Part shown: positions 1-13,081 of the stretch, piece after piece
How the letters are laid out: each line of letters opens with the position of its first letter
Position numbering within the stretch: position 1 is the first letter of the stretch
Source: Squalus acanthias
Lineage: Eukaryota
Reading direction: 5' to 3'
NCBI GenBank assembly: GCA_030390025.1
Contig: JASTWF010000031.1
Location: forward strand, 4,030,001 to 4,094,000
DNA length: 64,000 nucleotides
Notes under the pieces: model-generated
What the model saw: the letters and a program-made list of their open reading frames with translations, nothing else
Told to the model about the DNA's origin: nothing
Databases searched by the model: none
Translations under genes and position numbers: made by a program

Positions 1-1556
1 AAGGAGTATTCAAATTACAGTAGTCAGCCAAACATAATTCTTAGAACTAGACCTTCCACCTTCTTGGGTATAAAGGCACAAAGCCCAGGCTGCCCTGATA
101 AATTCTCCTTGTGAGTGTGAGATAAATAGGCAGTAAGCAGAGCATTGCGATCAACAATATGCAAACCAATTGCATGTACTGTTGAGATACAAGTCAAATC
201 TTACCTTCTAATCACCACTGAACAGGGAACTAAACCAATTGATCCACCTCTATTATAATGGCGATTTGTTAATCCATGCTTTAATCTGTTCTAAGAATAG
301 GTAGCAAGCCCATTGGTTTAGTCTGGATCATATATGTGTATAAATAGATTCCAAAGAAAATCAGAAGGTAGATCTGTGTACACACTAGTTATTTTGATCC
401 ATGAACAGCTTCCCAAAGTATGGGAAGGAACGAACCAATAATAGGAAATCCACAAATGTCATTTGTACATATAACACTGATGCAACCCCACCAACATGCA
501 TTCAACTGGAAGAATAGGAACAAAGAATCTGCAGTTTGATCAAATGAATTAAAATGAAGGTTCCAATGATTCGACTCCACAACAGAATCTCATTATTTGT
601 CACAATGGAGAAGACCAGCCAGCTCTCTCTCCAGCAGATAATGGAAATTGGCAGAGAATCAAAAGCGCTCTGCCTGTAGTCAAATCAAAATCAAACTCTC
701 TTGTTATTCCACTGAGTAGTGCCGAGGTGATGCTCAATCTCCAGGCACTGTGAAGAGGAAAAGGAGGCAAAGACCTTTTTATGTCAAGTCTCTGTCCACT
801 TTATGCTGCCCTGGAATTTCCAGGGATTCCTCCGAGAGGTGGACTGATACTGACGCCTATAACAGGCACAGGACAAGGGCAGGCATGGAAATGAGTCAGG
901 AGGGTGAATTCTCAGCCCTCTTCCTTCAGTTTCCTCCCTGTCTGAAGCAAGGGGTGCCCATGTTGGGGGTGCCAAAAGAAGCTTATAAGCCTTGTGCCTG
1001 GATACTGTGACATTGTTGTGTCTGAAGGTATCGGGCAGTAAGGCAAGGGAGGCCCGCGAAGTTAAGTGGAACCTAGTGGAACCGTCTTTTGCAGCCTCTC
1101 CTACATTCTTTGGGCCTGGAAGCCTTCTGGATGCTGCTCTCCAAATATTTCCCATTTCCAGACACAAAGCCTTGCCAAGGGGCAGGCCTGTGTAGGAAGT
1201 GCAACCACACCATGCAAATGACCTTATCCACCAAACCTGGGCACTCTGAGGCCTGCATAGGCACAGCATACTTTGAACAGGCTTTGTCCATCCAGCACCT
1301 GGTGAGAGGAGGAATATTGGGGCTAATAGGGTTTAGCTGCTTTTGCTCTGTTTAGAATACCTAAACAAATACCCAGCATTTGCATTTAGACCCACATTTT
1401 TTCTCTCTCAAAAATAAGATATTTTCAGAAAAACATGCTGACTGCCAAGTCCTGTTATGCCCAATTTAAAGTCTTTACTCCTTCTGGTCTCCTGGCCTGA
1501 AGTGAAATGTCAGAGCTGCATGGATGGTTCTGTTGGGTACTAGACGTCCAGATAAT

Positions 1557-2305
1557 GGGGCATAATTTGTGGTGGCAGGGCATCTAACAGTGCCTGCCGT
1601 TAGTTAGACTTGTCCTTGAACGTTTAGGTTTTTTAAATTTTGTGTGGCAAGTTGCTGAAAGTGCAAGGGAAATGTCGCAGTCAGGGAAACCGGGCATCTG
1701 GGACCTGAGTGAACAGGGCAAGCAACTGTGTATCTCCTTAACCAATCAGATTGAAGGATTGTGAAATAAACAGCGCAAGGACTGAGAAGGGAGAGTAAAT
1801 TAGAGTGGGTGAATTCAATGTCAAATCAGGTAGAGAAAAAGAGAGAGGGAAAGAAAGATTGGATTAAGAGAGTGAGGAAAAAAAGAGACAAAGGAAAAGT
1901 TGTTTTAAAATGTAGAAATTTAAAATTTGATACTTAAGATCTCCAACAACAATTAAAACCTGAAGGAATGAGATTCCACACTTGTAATCGTTAATTTTCA
2001 GTGCCAGAGTGGTTGATTGGCAGTAATTAACACTTATCACGTCGTTAAAAGATACTTAGACTTTAAATGACAAGACTTCACTTCCTGTGGCAAGTTTAGT
2101 TCGTATCTACCTCGCAAATACAGCAACTTCACGCCGTTCAATGCATTTCAATAGCTAGAAAGCGAGATTCAGTTTTTGCGAAGCTAATGGATATCCTCGT
2201 TTAACCACGCATCTGCTCCTCGCCTTAAGTTGCTGTACCATTTGCACATAAATAACGGCGAGCCCCATTAGCCTCACCGTTATTTTGACAGCAAATTCTG
2301 GGCCC
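1557..2305. mobile_element. Non-autonomous DNA transposon (Harbinger-type MITE, degraded)
   Basis: Ends GGGGCATAATTTG / CAAATTCTGGGCCC resemble the GG..AATTT TIR pattern of better-preserved elements in the window; TSD unclear. Confidence 0.4.
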
Positions 2306-2726
2306 ATAACTACTTATCCTGTTGGTTGAAGAACACAGAGTCTGGAAAATCCATTTAAAATGCTCAATTGCATTTTTGCTGCCTTATGCAAAACTAAGCC
2401 TGAACTCTCTCAAATTCTTAGATAATCAAGTCAGAAGATAATCAAGGTTCCACTCTTTTTATATTAATATATGTATTTAAAAAATGTAGATGTGCTCAAT
2501 GTTGACAGGTTTCACAGTATTAGTGATTCAGCCATGAGCAATTCCAGTTCAAGCATTGCCAGCTGAATAAATAACAGCTCGCTCAGTTGATCGGCACCAG
2601 TTGTACCAAGTACCTTAATGGAAGTGTCCACTTAACGGCAGCAGACCAATGCAACTCTGTAACATTGAGTTGACTAAATTTGTTTCCTTTTCCCCTTTTT
2701 AACTAGGTGTGATTGCTCGAGCCAGG

Positions 2727-3104
2727 ATGGGTAAACAGAATAGTAAACTGCGTCCTGAAGTCCTTCAGGATCTTCGAGAGAACACAGAATTCACTGACCA
2801 CGAGCTCCAGGAATGGTACAAAGGTTTCCTGAAAGACTGCCCGACTGGAAATCTGACTGTTGAGGAATTTAAGAAAATATATGCAAATTTCTTCCCTTAC
2901 GGCGACGCCTCCAAATTTGCAGAGCACGTGTTCCGCACCTTTGACACCAATGCTGATGGAACGATTGATTTTCGAGAATTTATTATTGCGCTGAGTGTCA
3001 CATCCCGTGGCAAGCTGGAGCAGAAGTTGAAGTGGGCGTTCAGCATGTATGACCTGGATGGGAATGGGTACATCAGTCGGGATGAAATGCTAGAAATTGT
3101 ACAG
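2727..3104 (+). CDS. HPCAL1: HPCAL1 (hippocalcin-like 1/VILIP-3, neuronal calcium sensor) coding exon 1, codons 1-126
   Basis: A polypyrimidine tract plus AG at 2705-2706 starts the exon at 2707. Strong Kozak gccaggATGG. Translation [39 protein letters not shown]...EMLEIVQ includes the N-myristoylation motif, inactive EF1 (CPTG), EF2 [12 protein letters not shown] and EF3 [12 protein letters not shown]. Donor CAG|GTATGG; 378 nt, phase 0. [16 protein letters not shown] fits HPCAL1 better than hippocalcin or neurocalcin-delta (from recalled sequences). Confidence 0.95.
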
Positions 3105-3272
3105 GTATGGTTCCTACTGCTCCAATTCTGTAGAGGTTAATTGAGGGGTGCAGTTGTTTGAAATGTAACCCTTCATCACAGATAACCGATTGGAAAATTG
3201 AGGCCTTGTTCTGTTCAGCTTTTTCCTTTCAATATTTTGGAAGTGTTTTGGTGTAAGCCCTTGCACAATGTT

Positions 3273-4086
3273 GGGGCAGATTTTGCGGTCGGCACCATAC
3301 CTACGGAGTACACCGCCGGCATCTTAATAGAATACGAACTTACCTGATGGGGACCCTCCTTCGTGAACTTGCTCTCTGATGCTGCGTACTCGAGGGCAAT
3401 GTAACGGCCCACAGATCCCAGGGGCGCAGCGTGTGCGGAAGCGTACTTGGGATCGCGTGCGCCTGGTGCTCCAATCAGTACATCGAAGGGAAAGTGTCCA
3501 CCTCTAATACTGGGAACTTTCTTAGTTCAATGCATTTCATCCAACATTATATTTTTTTTACAGAATTATCTGCAAAGATCACGTGAATAAATATCTGACA
3601 GTATTAACATGGACGGGTGATACAAACATAAATATAACAGGGCCCAAACAAAAATCTGAAGATGTGGGATTAGTTATTGTAAAAACACAAAAATAGTGAT
3701 TACAGTTATAATATAATAATCTGCGCTGATGGTATAGTAATATGATCATAGTAGCCTGGATCTGAAAAATCTGTACATTAATCATTGGAGGTGTTTCTGA
3801 CAATTTTACAATTCATTACATCACATTCATTACATAACCGCTAATAGAATGCTTAACTGTCTCTATCTAATCCCCTTACACTGATCCTGTTTGCATCAGC
3901 CTTAACATTTTTGTACATAATTGCTGTGCAGCAACTCTGCGGCAGCAATTGGGATTTCTGATTTCCAAGGCAGAGCGGATGATCTGTCCGGTCATAACTT
4001 GCGCAAGTGCATGCGGAAATCCCGAACTTGCGGGCCATTTTAAAGACGGTATGATGGCGAACTCTGACCCACTGCAAATTCTGGCC
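3273..4086. mobile_element. Harbinger-type non-autonomous element(s)
   Basis: Starts GGGGCAGATTTTGCGG and ends ...GCAAATTCTGGCC. CpG-rich subterminal blocks resemble 21097-21859 (e.g. ccaggggcgcag...gggatc). Confidence 0.4.
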
Positions 4087-4715
4087 AGTTGTTTCGGTTT
4101 TCATAGTTCTTTAATGAAAAAGGAGACATCTCATTGTCAGTCGTTTCATTAGTTGTACATAGATCTGTAACCAATATTTCAGTTTGTAAATTGTAATTTA
4201 TAAAAAAAAAAAAATTCTGCTCCTGCATTTTTGAGGTTTTAGGAAGTTTTTATCTTCATGTTTAAACTGGATCCTGTTTTTGGATAGCGATGTTCTAATG
4301 CCACTCTCTCTCTTTTCCATCCAGAGTGGGGTTGCAGTCTTCATAAGCACTCTGGGCTCTGTTTTCTTTCTTATATTTCATAATTGCTTTGTCACAAATG
4401 AGTCATGAAGTGCTCAATGAACTGGATATCCAACAGCCCCCTTTGACATTATGTTGATACTACGGGTACAAGTATATACACACAACCCAATATGAATGTA
4501 TTTTTAAAAAATGGGTTAATTGTGTCCTCATCAATGCAAGGAATGTCGGTCCACTTTTGTCACCCAGAGTCAACATTGAGCACTCCTACATTAGGTATAC
4601 AGTACAACAGCTGCCAAATAAAGCTCCATTTACTCTTCCTCAACAATATACTTCAGCCCCAACTGCAGAGGAGCTTTTCCATAGCATCAGCGTGAACTTT
4701 TTGCCTTTCCCACAT

Positions 4716-6294
4716 GAACATAAGACATAAGATATAAGAATTAGGAGCAGGAGTAGGCCTTACGGCCCTTCGAGCCTGCTCCGCCATTCAGTAAGATCAT
4801 GGCTGATCTTCAACCTTAACTCCACTTTCCTGCCCGATCTCCATATCCCTCGATTTCCCCTAGTCCAAAAATCTATCTCTCTCCGCCTTGAATATACTCA
4901 ACGACTCAGCATCGACAGCCTTTTGGGGTTGATTCACAACCCTCTGAGTGAAGAAATTCCTCCTCATCTCAGTCTTAAATGGCCGACCCCTTATCCTGAG
5001 ACTATGACCCCTAGCTCTAGACACTCCAGCCAGGGGAAACAACCTCTCCGCATCTACCCTGTCAATCCCCCTCAGAAACTTGTATGTTTCAATGAGATCA
5101 CCTCTCATTCTGCTAAACTTCAGAAAGTATAGGCCCATTCTACGCAATCTCTCCTCATGGGACAACCCTCTCATCCCAGGGCTCAATCTAGTGAACTTTC
5201 TTTGCACCGCCTCTAATGCAAGTATGTCCTTCCTCAGATAAGGAGACCAAAACTGTGCACAGTACTCGAGGTCTGGTCTCTCCAAAGCCCTGTACAATTG
5301 TAGCAAGACTTCCTTACTCTTGTACTCCAGTCCTTTTGCAATAAAGGCCAACATGCCATTTGCCTTCCGAATTGCTTGCTGTACCTGCATGCTAACTTTC
5401 TGTGTTTCAAGGACAGCTAAATCTCTCTGGACACCAACATTTAATAGTTTCTCACCATTTAAAAAATATTCTGTTTTTCTATTCTTCCTACCAAATTGAA
5501 TAACCTCCACTTTCCCCACATTGTACTCCATCTGCCACCTTATTGCCCACTCACTTAACCTGCCTATATCCCTTTGCAGGCTCTTTGTGTCCTCCTCACA
5601 GCTGACTGTCCCACCTAGCTTTGAATCGTCAGCAAACTTGGATACATTGCACTTGGTCCCTTCATCTAAGTCATTAATATAGATTGTAAATAGCTGAGGC
5701 CCAAGCACTGATCCTTGCGGCACCCCTGCCTGCCAACTGGAAATGACCCATTTATCCCTACTCTCTGTTTTCTGTCCGTTAACCAATCCTCTATCCATGC
5801 TAATATATTACCCCAACCCCATGAGCCCTTATCTTGCGAGGCAACCTTTTATATGGCATCTTATTGAATGACTTTTGGAAATCCAAATAGACGACATCCA
5901 CTGGTTCTCCTTTATCTACCCTGCTACTTTCATCCTCAAAAAACTCTAATAAATTTGTTAAACACGATTTCCCTTTCATAAAACCATGTTGACTCTGCCT
6001 AATCATATTATGATTTTCTAAGTGCCCTGTTGCCACTTCCTTAATAATGGATCCCAGCATTTTCCCAACAACTGATGTCAGGCTAACTGGCCTGCAGTTC
6101 CCTGTTTTCTCTCTCCCTCCTCTCTTGAATAGCGGTGTTACATTTGCTACCTTCCAATCTGCTGGGACCGTTCTAGAATCTAGGGAATTTTGGAAGATCA
6201 GAACCAATGCATCCACTATCTCTGCAGCCGCCTCTTTTAGAACCCTAGGATGTAGGCCATCAGGTCCAGGGGATTTGTCAGCTTTTAGTCCCAT
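4716..6294 (-). mobile_element. CR1 LINE, 5'-truncated (ORF2 RT remnant plus 3' tail)
   Basis: ORFs 5800-6294 and 4860-5798 carry [31 protein letters not shown] and KFADD RT motifs; (TTCTTATG)n-type tail at 4716-4740. Confidence 0.93.
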
Positions 6295-6381
6295 GAACCA
6301 TCTTGATGGCCTTTGAGTGAGATTGCTGAATTAGAGGCAGTTTGCCAATGCTCACCAAGAATGAGGTTGAGACCGTCCGAA

Positions 6382-7729
6382 ATCAGTCGTCTGGAAAATG
6401 CTGGAATCCGTTGTTAAGGAAATGGTATCAGGGCACTTAGAAAATCATAACATGATTAGGCAGAGTCAACATGGTTTTATGAAAGGGAAATCGTGTTTGA
6501 TAAATTTATTAGAGTTTTTTGAGGATGTAACTAGCAGGGTAAATAAAGGGGAACCAGTGGATGTAGTATATTTGGATTTCCAAAAGGCATTCGATACGGT
6601 GCCACATAAAGGGTTATTACACAAGCTTGGGGGTAACATAGTAGCATGGCTAGAGGATTGGTTAACGGACAGAAAGCAGAGAGTAGGGATAAATGGATAT
6701 TTTTCAGGTTGGCAGGCTGTAACTAGTAGGGTGCCACAAGGATCAGTGTTGGGGCCCCAGTTATTTACAATCTATATTAATGACCTAGATGAAGGGACCG
6801 AGTGTAATGTATCGGTTAATGATGATGCAAAGCTAGGTGGGACAGTAAGCTGTGAAGAGAACACAGTCTGCAAAGGGATATAGATAGACTAAGTGAGTGG
6901 GCAGTAAGGTGGCAGATGGAGTATAATGTAGGGAAATGTAAGGTTATTCACTTTGATAGGAAGAATAGAAAAACAGAATATTTTTTTAATGGTGAGAAAC
7001 TTTCAAATGTTGGTGTTCAGAGAGATTTGGGTGTCCTCGTGCAAGAAACACAGAAAGCTAGCATGCAGATACAGCAAGCAATAAGGAAGGCAAATGGCAT
7101 GTTGGCCTTTATTGCAAGGGGGTTGGCGTATAAAAGTAAGGAAGTCTTGCTACAATTGTACAGGGCCTTGGTGAGACCACACCTGGAGTACTGTGCACAG
7201 TTTTGGTCCCCTTATCTAAGGAAGGATATACTTGCCATGGAGGCGGTGCAACAAAGGTTCACTAGATTGATTCTTGGGATGAGAGGGCTGTCCTATGATG
7301 AGAGATTGTGTAGAATGGGCCTATACTCTCTGGAGTTTAGAAGAATGAGAGGTGATCTCATTGAAACATACAAGATTCTGAAGGGGATTGACAGGCTAAG
7401 AGGTTGTTTCCCCTGGCTGAGTGTCTAGAACTAGGGGGCATAGTCTCAGGATAAGGGATAGACCAATTAAGAGATGAGGAGGAATTTCTTCACTCAGAGG
7501 GTTGTGAATCTTTGGAATTCTCTGCCCCAGAGGGCTGTGAATGCTGAGTCTTTGAATATATTCAAGGCTGAGATAGATAGATTTTTGGACTCTAGGGCAA
7601 TCAAGGAATATGGAGATCGGGCGGGAAAGTGGAGTTGAGGTCGATGATCAGCCATGATCTTACTGAATGGCGGAGCAGGCTCGAGGGGCCGTATGTCCTA
7701 CTCCTGCTCTTATTTCTTATGTTCTTATG
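6382..7729 (+). mobile_element. CR1 LINE, 5'-truncated
   Basis: ORFs 6398-6883 and 6916-7428 with [21 protein letters not shown] and RPHLEYC; tail tttcttatgttcttatg ends at 7729. Confidence 0.93.
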
Positions 7730-9214
7730 TAATTTTTAGTAGGTTAATTGCCATTAGCTTGCTCTATGGCAGGGGTTCTCAACCTTTTTGCTTCTGAGGC
7801 CCCCCTCCCATTTTATAAAAATTCCACAGACCCCCTGTATTTTTCTGTATAAGTGAGTGCAAGGTTTTTAGTTATGTTTTAAAAGGTGACATATTCACAG
7901 GAGAGATTGATCAACTAAGGCATAGAGATTACACAAAATGGGGCATTTTCCTGAAATCCAAGTATGCAGCCCCCTGAAAATATTCCAGTGAGCTGTTGTG
8001 AGCCAAGCAGGAAACCATCTCAACCACAAACCAATCCCCTGTTGCTGGCTCCGAGTTCACCCAATTACATCATTGCTGGATAACATTCAATTTAATGCAT
8101 ACATGAAAATATGGATGCTCCTCCTTTCATGAAGATTTTAATAACCAACTGAATAACTTCCTTCACCAGGAAGAGGATGCTGCCATAGACATAGTAAAAG
8201 AGGCGGTAGTGGAGATACTTGATCGGATAAAAATTGATAAAGAGGAGGTATTAGAAAGGCTGGCTGTACTTAAAGTAGGCAAATCACCAGGAGCGGATGG
8301 GATGCATCCTCGGATGCTGAGGAAGGAAATCATGGAGGTACTGGCCATAATATTCCAATCCTCCTTAGATCCTTAGAGGATTGGAAAGTGGCAAATGTGA
8401 CACCATTGTTCAAGAAAGGGTGTAAGGACAATCCAGTAACTACTGTTTAACATCAGTGGTAAGTAAAGGTTTAGAAACAATAATCAAGGAAAAAATTAAC
8501 GGGCATTTGGAGAGCTTTAAGCTAATTAAGGAGAGCCAATACAGATTTGTAGAAGGCAGATCGTGTTTGACTAATCTAATTGAATTTTTTGATGAAGTAA
8601 CAGAGAGGATTGATGAAGGGAATGCAATGGATGTTGTCTACATGGATTTTCGGAAGGCGTTTGACAAAGTACCACATAGAAGGCTGGTTAACAAAATTGA
8701 GGCTCATGGAATAGGTGGGTCAGTGGCAGCTTGGATAAGGAATTGGCTTAAGGACAGAAAACAGCAAGTTTGGGTAATGGCTGTTTTTCAGACTGGAGGA
8801 TGGTACACAGTGGTGTTCCCCAAGGGTCAGTGCTGGGGCCACTGCTTTTTTTGATATATATAAATGACCTGGATATTGGAATACAGAGTAGAATTTCTAA
8901 ATTTGCCGATGACACCAAACTTGGGGGTGTGGCAAACAGTGATGATGATACCAATCGACTGAAACAGGACACAGAAAGGGTAGCAGAATGGGCAGACAAG
9001 TGGCAGATGGAATTTAATACAGAGAAGTGTGAGGTGATGCATTTTGGCAGAAGGAACAGGGAGAGGCAATATACACTTAATGGCACAGTTTTAAAGAGTG
9101 TGCAGGGACAGAGGGACCTGGGAGTTGATGTGCATAGGTCCCTGAAGGTGGCAGGACATATTGAGAGTGGTTAGCAAAGCATATGGGATCTTGGGTTTCA
9201 TAAATAGAGGTATT

Positions 9215-9716
9215 GGGAGAGAAATTCAGTATCGCCCCATTTGGGGTGCAATTATCGGCCGGGCGCAAAGATTAGCGCCTGGCGCTAATTATCGCCACCG
9301 ACTGCAAACTTGACTTTTATTGCCCCTGGAGGTGATTGGAGCGTTAAATCAGGCGCTTCACACCTGTCTTAAGGCGCAAAGACTGAGGAGCGAGGCGCTA
9401 CCTCAGAGCGCTGGCGAAGCTCGTGTAATGTCAGTCAGCAATGGAACACACACACAATGGCACGGGCCAGTTCTTAAAGGGGTTGGTTAATCTTGCTTTC
9501 CATCCACATCCTGCTCATTGCAGCCTTGAATCTCGGCCTGGAGAGACCTGCACATCAAATCTGCTGGAAAGAACAATGGAGAGTACCAGGCAAAGAGCTC
9601 AGAGTGCAGCCCCCACAGTCTCTTCTAAATCGATACAAGGAATGGCAAATCAAAATGAACCTGCAAAGTGCTGCTCAGTACCCAAAACTCCTTCACACAG
9701 CATTGAATCTCTCCAG

Positions 9717-9755
<39 letters not shown>

Positions 9756-10112
9756 AATGCGTAGTTCAAAAATGGCACCAACAATAAAAGGCAGGAAGCC
9801 GTCACCTTTAAATAGCGCTCCCCCTTTCCCTTCATGACTGCAGAACGCTCCCCTCAACCTGTCGTTGCTAGCGTCAGGTGGTAAGGCAGGGGGCGCCACT
9901 CAATATCTGCTCCGGGGCGTTGCGCACTCGACTGACGTCACGATCTGCCGGCGCAGGAGATCGTGGCGGTAGTGTTTAGCGCCGCCGCAAAATGTCTAGT
10001 TAATTTCGCGAGCGGTGCAAACTTCGCCGCGCCTGGGCGCTAGATGCTTTGCTCCCCATTAGCGTCCTCTTAAGGCGCTAACGGGAGGCGCAACCAACTG
10101 AATTTTTCCCCC
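9215..10112. mobile_element. PIF/Harbinger-type MITE
   Basis: TIRs GGGAGAGAAATTCAG / CTGAATTTTTCCCCC; TSD ATT (9212-9214, 10113-10115); cleanly interrupts CR1 ORF2; GC-rich agcgcc/ggcgct subterminal motifs. Confidence 0.85.
9719..9753. repeat. (CT)n microsatellite
   Basis: Perfect CT run. Confidence 0.95.
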
Positions 10113-10709
10113 ATTGAGTACAAAAGTAGAGAAGTTATGCTGAACCTTTATAAAGCGCTGGTTAGGCCACAACTGGAGTATTGCGTCCAGTTCTGGTCAC
10201 CACACTTTAGGAAGGATGTGAAGGCCCTTGAGAGGGTGCAGAGGAGATTTACCAGAATGGTTCCGCGAATGGGGGATCTTAGCTACAAGGACAGGTTGGA
10301 GAAGCTGGATTTGTTTTCATTAGAGCAAAGGAGGTTGAGGGGTGATTTGATAGAGGTGTACAAGATTATGACGGGCTTGGATAGGCTAGATGGGGAAAGG
10401 CTGTTCCCACTAGTTGATGGTACAAGGACTAGGGAACACAGATTTAAGGTTTTGGGCAAGAGATACAGGGGGGACGTGAGGAAAAACATTTTTACGAGTG
10501 GTGAGGACCTGGAATTTGCTGCTGACGGAAGTGGTGGAAGCGGAGACACTCAGTGTTTTCAAGGGGAGACTGGATAGGCACTTGAGGGAAATAAACTTGC
10601 AGGGCTACGGGGATAGAGCGGGGGAATGGGACTGACTGGATTGTTCTACAGAGAGCCGGCACAGACTCGATGGACCAAATGGCCTCCTTCGGTGCCATTA
10701 TGACTCTAT

Positions 10710-11364
10710 GGGGGAAAAAGTTGGTTGCTTTGTGCCTCCCGTTAGCGCCCTAAGAGGGCGCTAACGGAGCGCAAAGCAACTAGCGCCTGGGCGCGGTGCC
10801 GCCAACGCCTCCCGCGAAATTCAGCGGGAGCTTAGTGGCGGCGCTAACCGTTAGCGCCCCGCGACGCTGCGCTGCCGGCGATGACGTCATCGCCATGCGC
10901 AGCGCCCCGCTCATGCCCCGGCCGCGATCTTTGGTAGTGCCCCCTGACTTACTGCCGGACGCTATGTCTGACGGGTCAGGGGGGCCTACCTGCAGTCGGG
11001 GCGGCGCTATTTAAAGGCGAGGTGCTGGGGGCCATTTTTGTTGCTGGCCACCTGCCAGCACCTGCCTCCGCTCCCGTCCCCAGCCTCCTGACCCACCCCC
11101 TCGCGGAGTGCCAGCTGCGCTCCATAAGCCCGGCACTTCTCTTGAGTGCCAGGCTCTTTTGCCAACTCTCCGATCCCCAGTGGCCCAGCTGGGCCCCGGG
11201 TCGCGCTGCGCAAGGCCCCTCCCCTTAAAGAAGGGGAGGAAGGCCTGCAATACCGCGGCGCAGCGCCCCTAGAGGGAGGCGGGCGCTTCCAGTAGCACCC
11301 CACTTCCTTCTTGGGGCGCTACCACTCAATTTCGGCAAAGGGGGCACGACTCAATTTCTCCCCC
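10710..11364. mobile_element. PIF/Harbinger-type MITE
   Basis: Ends GGGGGAAAAAGTTGG / CAATTTCTCCCCC; TSD TAT (10707-10709, 11365-11367); inserted in the CR1 3' tail; same family as 58550-59046. Confidence 0.85.
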
Positions 11365-11382
11365 TATGACTATTATAAAGGT

Positions 11383-11690
11383 CGAGAACCAGAGGACACA
11401 GATTCAAGGTGATTGGCAAAAGAACCAAAGGCGACGTAAGAAAAAACTTTTTTATGCAGTGAGTGGTTAGGATCTGGAATGCAATGTCTGAAAGGGTGGT
11501 GGAGGCAGACTCAATCACTGCTTTCAAAAGGGAATTGGATAAGTACCTGAAGGAAAGAAATTTGTAGGGCTACTGGCAAAGGGCAGGGGAGTGGAACTAG
11601 CTGAAATGCTCTTGCAGAGAGTTGGCACGGGCTCGACGGGCCGAATGGCCGCCTTCCGTGCTGTAACCATTCTATGATTCTATGAATATA
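11383..11690 (+). mobile_element. CR1 3' end fragment
   Basis: RTRGHRFK-like end of ORF2, 3' UTR gggccgaatggcc and a (ttctatga)n tail. Confidence 0.85.
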
Positions 11691-13081
11691 TGAATCCAGT
11701 ACTCTGTGATTAAATACACATCTGCAATATTTAACAAAGAAAAATGATCCATGGGTAAGCATTTTTATGACCTTGAATTTCTAGTCGGTAGCAAGCCGGG
11801 TAGCACTGCAACTTGAATAAAGCCCCTGTGGGAAATAGACAGTCATTGATTGTAGCTAAAATAATTCAATGACTAAGCTTTGAAGAGAATGTTGTTACTG
11901 TGCATTTCCTATTACTGTAATCAGAAGATTACTGAATCTCTGAGATTGATAACAGTACAATCAGGCTGCGGGGCGGAGGGTGTAACCTGAATAGTTAAAA
12001 CTCCGCTCGTTGCTGGCCAGGATTGCGTGCTGATGAACACTTGGGTTGTTGAGGTACTTATTGACTTGCCGAGGGCCGCACTCGCACTCCCACTGCATCT
12101 TCGCCCCGGCAACCCTGACTCCAGGCAGGCAGCTGTTCTGGAACCTAACCTTGATGGCTGCCATGTGATTGGCAGGCCTGTCCAGCCACTGACGTGCGTC
12201 GAGAGGATCCCGCTTTCTCGCACAGATTGGTTGGTGGACCCCCTCAACCTTCTTGCGGACCCCCGGTTGAGAACTCCTGCTCTGTGGTGTCACGAAGAAA
12301 GGTTTTTGTGTTTTATGCTCCTTGAGCAGTGGGTGCTGTTAAATGAAGGCACACCCTTTTTTTGATTGATGGGAGAGGGGTCGTCTTCCCTCTGCTCAAT
12401 GATCAATCAATAAAATAATTAAGGTGTCTCTCGGGGAGAGAGGCAGAGAGAGAAAGAGGAGGGGGAAAGAGGGAGGCCGCAGGGGCGGGGAGAAATGTGT
12501 TGTGACAGAGCAATTACTAGCAAATCTGTTACTGCAGGTGAATGGTACTTACAATTAGTTGTTTCCAAACTTTGGATCACGTAATGGTTATATTTGGGCA
12601 CACAGATAATATGTGACCGACCAGACGTGTGATGATAAATATCTTCACAAGTGAACCTGACTGCATGAATCATGAGCTTATGGGTTAAGGGTGCCTCATG
12701 CGTGCAGCTATCTATAAATCACTTGGTTGCTTACGACATGTTATGTTTTTGACATTTACAATACATTTTCAAATTAAATGAATTTTAATGAGTAAACTGT
12801 GAGTTGTTATAACTCATAAATCTCTATTGAAGGTTCTTTCTAATATCACTTTGTCACTGTGATTCCATAGCACTGAACATAGTACTGAAGTAATACCATT
12901 ACTTCCACTGGTATTTCTCCATCTCTGTAAAGTCTGGTGAATAAATTGCACCTTAATGCATGTTTTAGTTCCCCTAAATACTGGTAAACAACTAGGTACA
13001 GCATTTAATGCTAAGTGTGTAAAATATGGAGGTTTCTCTTTGCTGAAGTGCAGAAGCAGAATTGAGTATGCATTAAGAGAA

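Larger units (their letters stand above)
8150..10709 (+). mobile_element. CR1 LINE fragment (second subfamily), split by a MITE at 9215-10112
   Basis: RT ORF pieces 8456-8854, 8770-9174 (KFADDTKLGG) and 10137-10577. The reading ...NRG-I-EYK is restored when 9215-10115 is removed. 3' tail ttatgactctatgac. Confidence 0.9.
7770..12279. mobile_element. hAT (Charlie-like) non-autonomous DNA transposon containing nested insertions
   Basis: TIRs CAGGGGTTCTCAACC and reverse complement of GGTTGAGAACTCCTG (14/15 match). 8-bp TSD CTCTATGG (7762-7769) / CTCTGTGG (12280-12287). Confidence 0.8.

Noticed and set aside
750-1355. Cluster of overlapping ORFs upstream of the HPCAL1 exon
   Set aside because: No recognisable domain or splice structure. 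Possibly an old repeat, but not assignable from sequence.
2709-3140. 143-aa ORF as a complete single-exon or truncated gene
   Set aside because: The start is 5' UTR read-through (real ATG at 2727), and the tail [11 protein letters not shown] is intron after the donor at 3105. Exons 2 and 3 complete the protein.
10710-11364. CpG islands suggesting gene promoters (also 9215-10112, 21097-21859, 58550-59046)
   Set aside because: CpG richness is confined within TIR/TSD-bounded MITEs.
12362-12410. Hairpin TTGATTGAT...ATCAATCAA as a pre-miRNA
   Set aside because: The stem is short with a large asymmetric bulge, and there is no supporting similarity.
12629-12660. Box C (GTGATGA) / box D (CTGA) snoRNA candidate
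   Set aside because: The boxes are only ~25 nt apart and there is no terminal stem.
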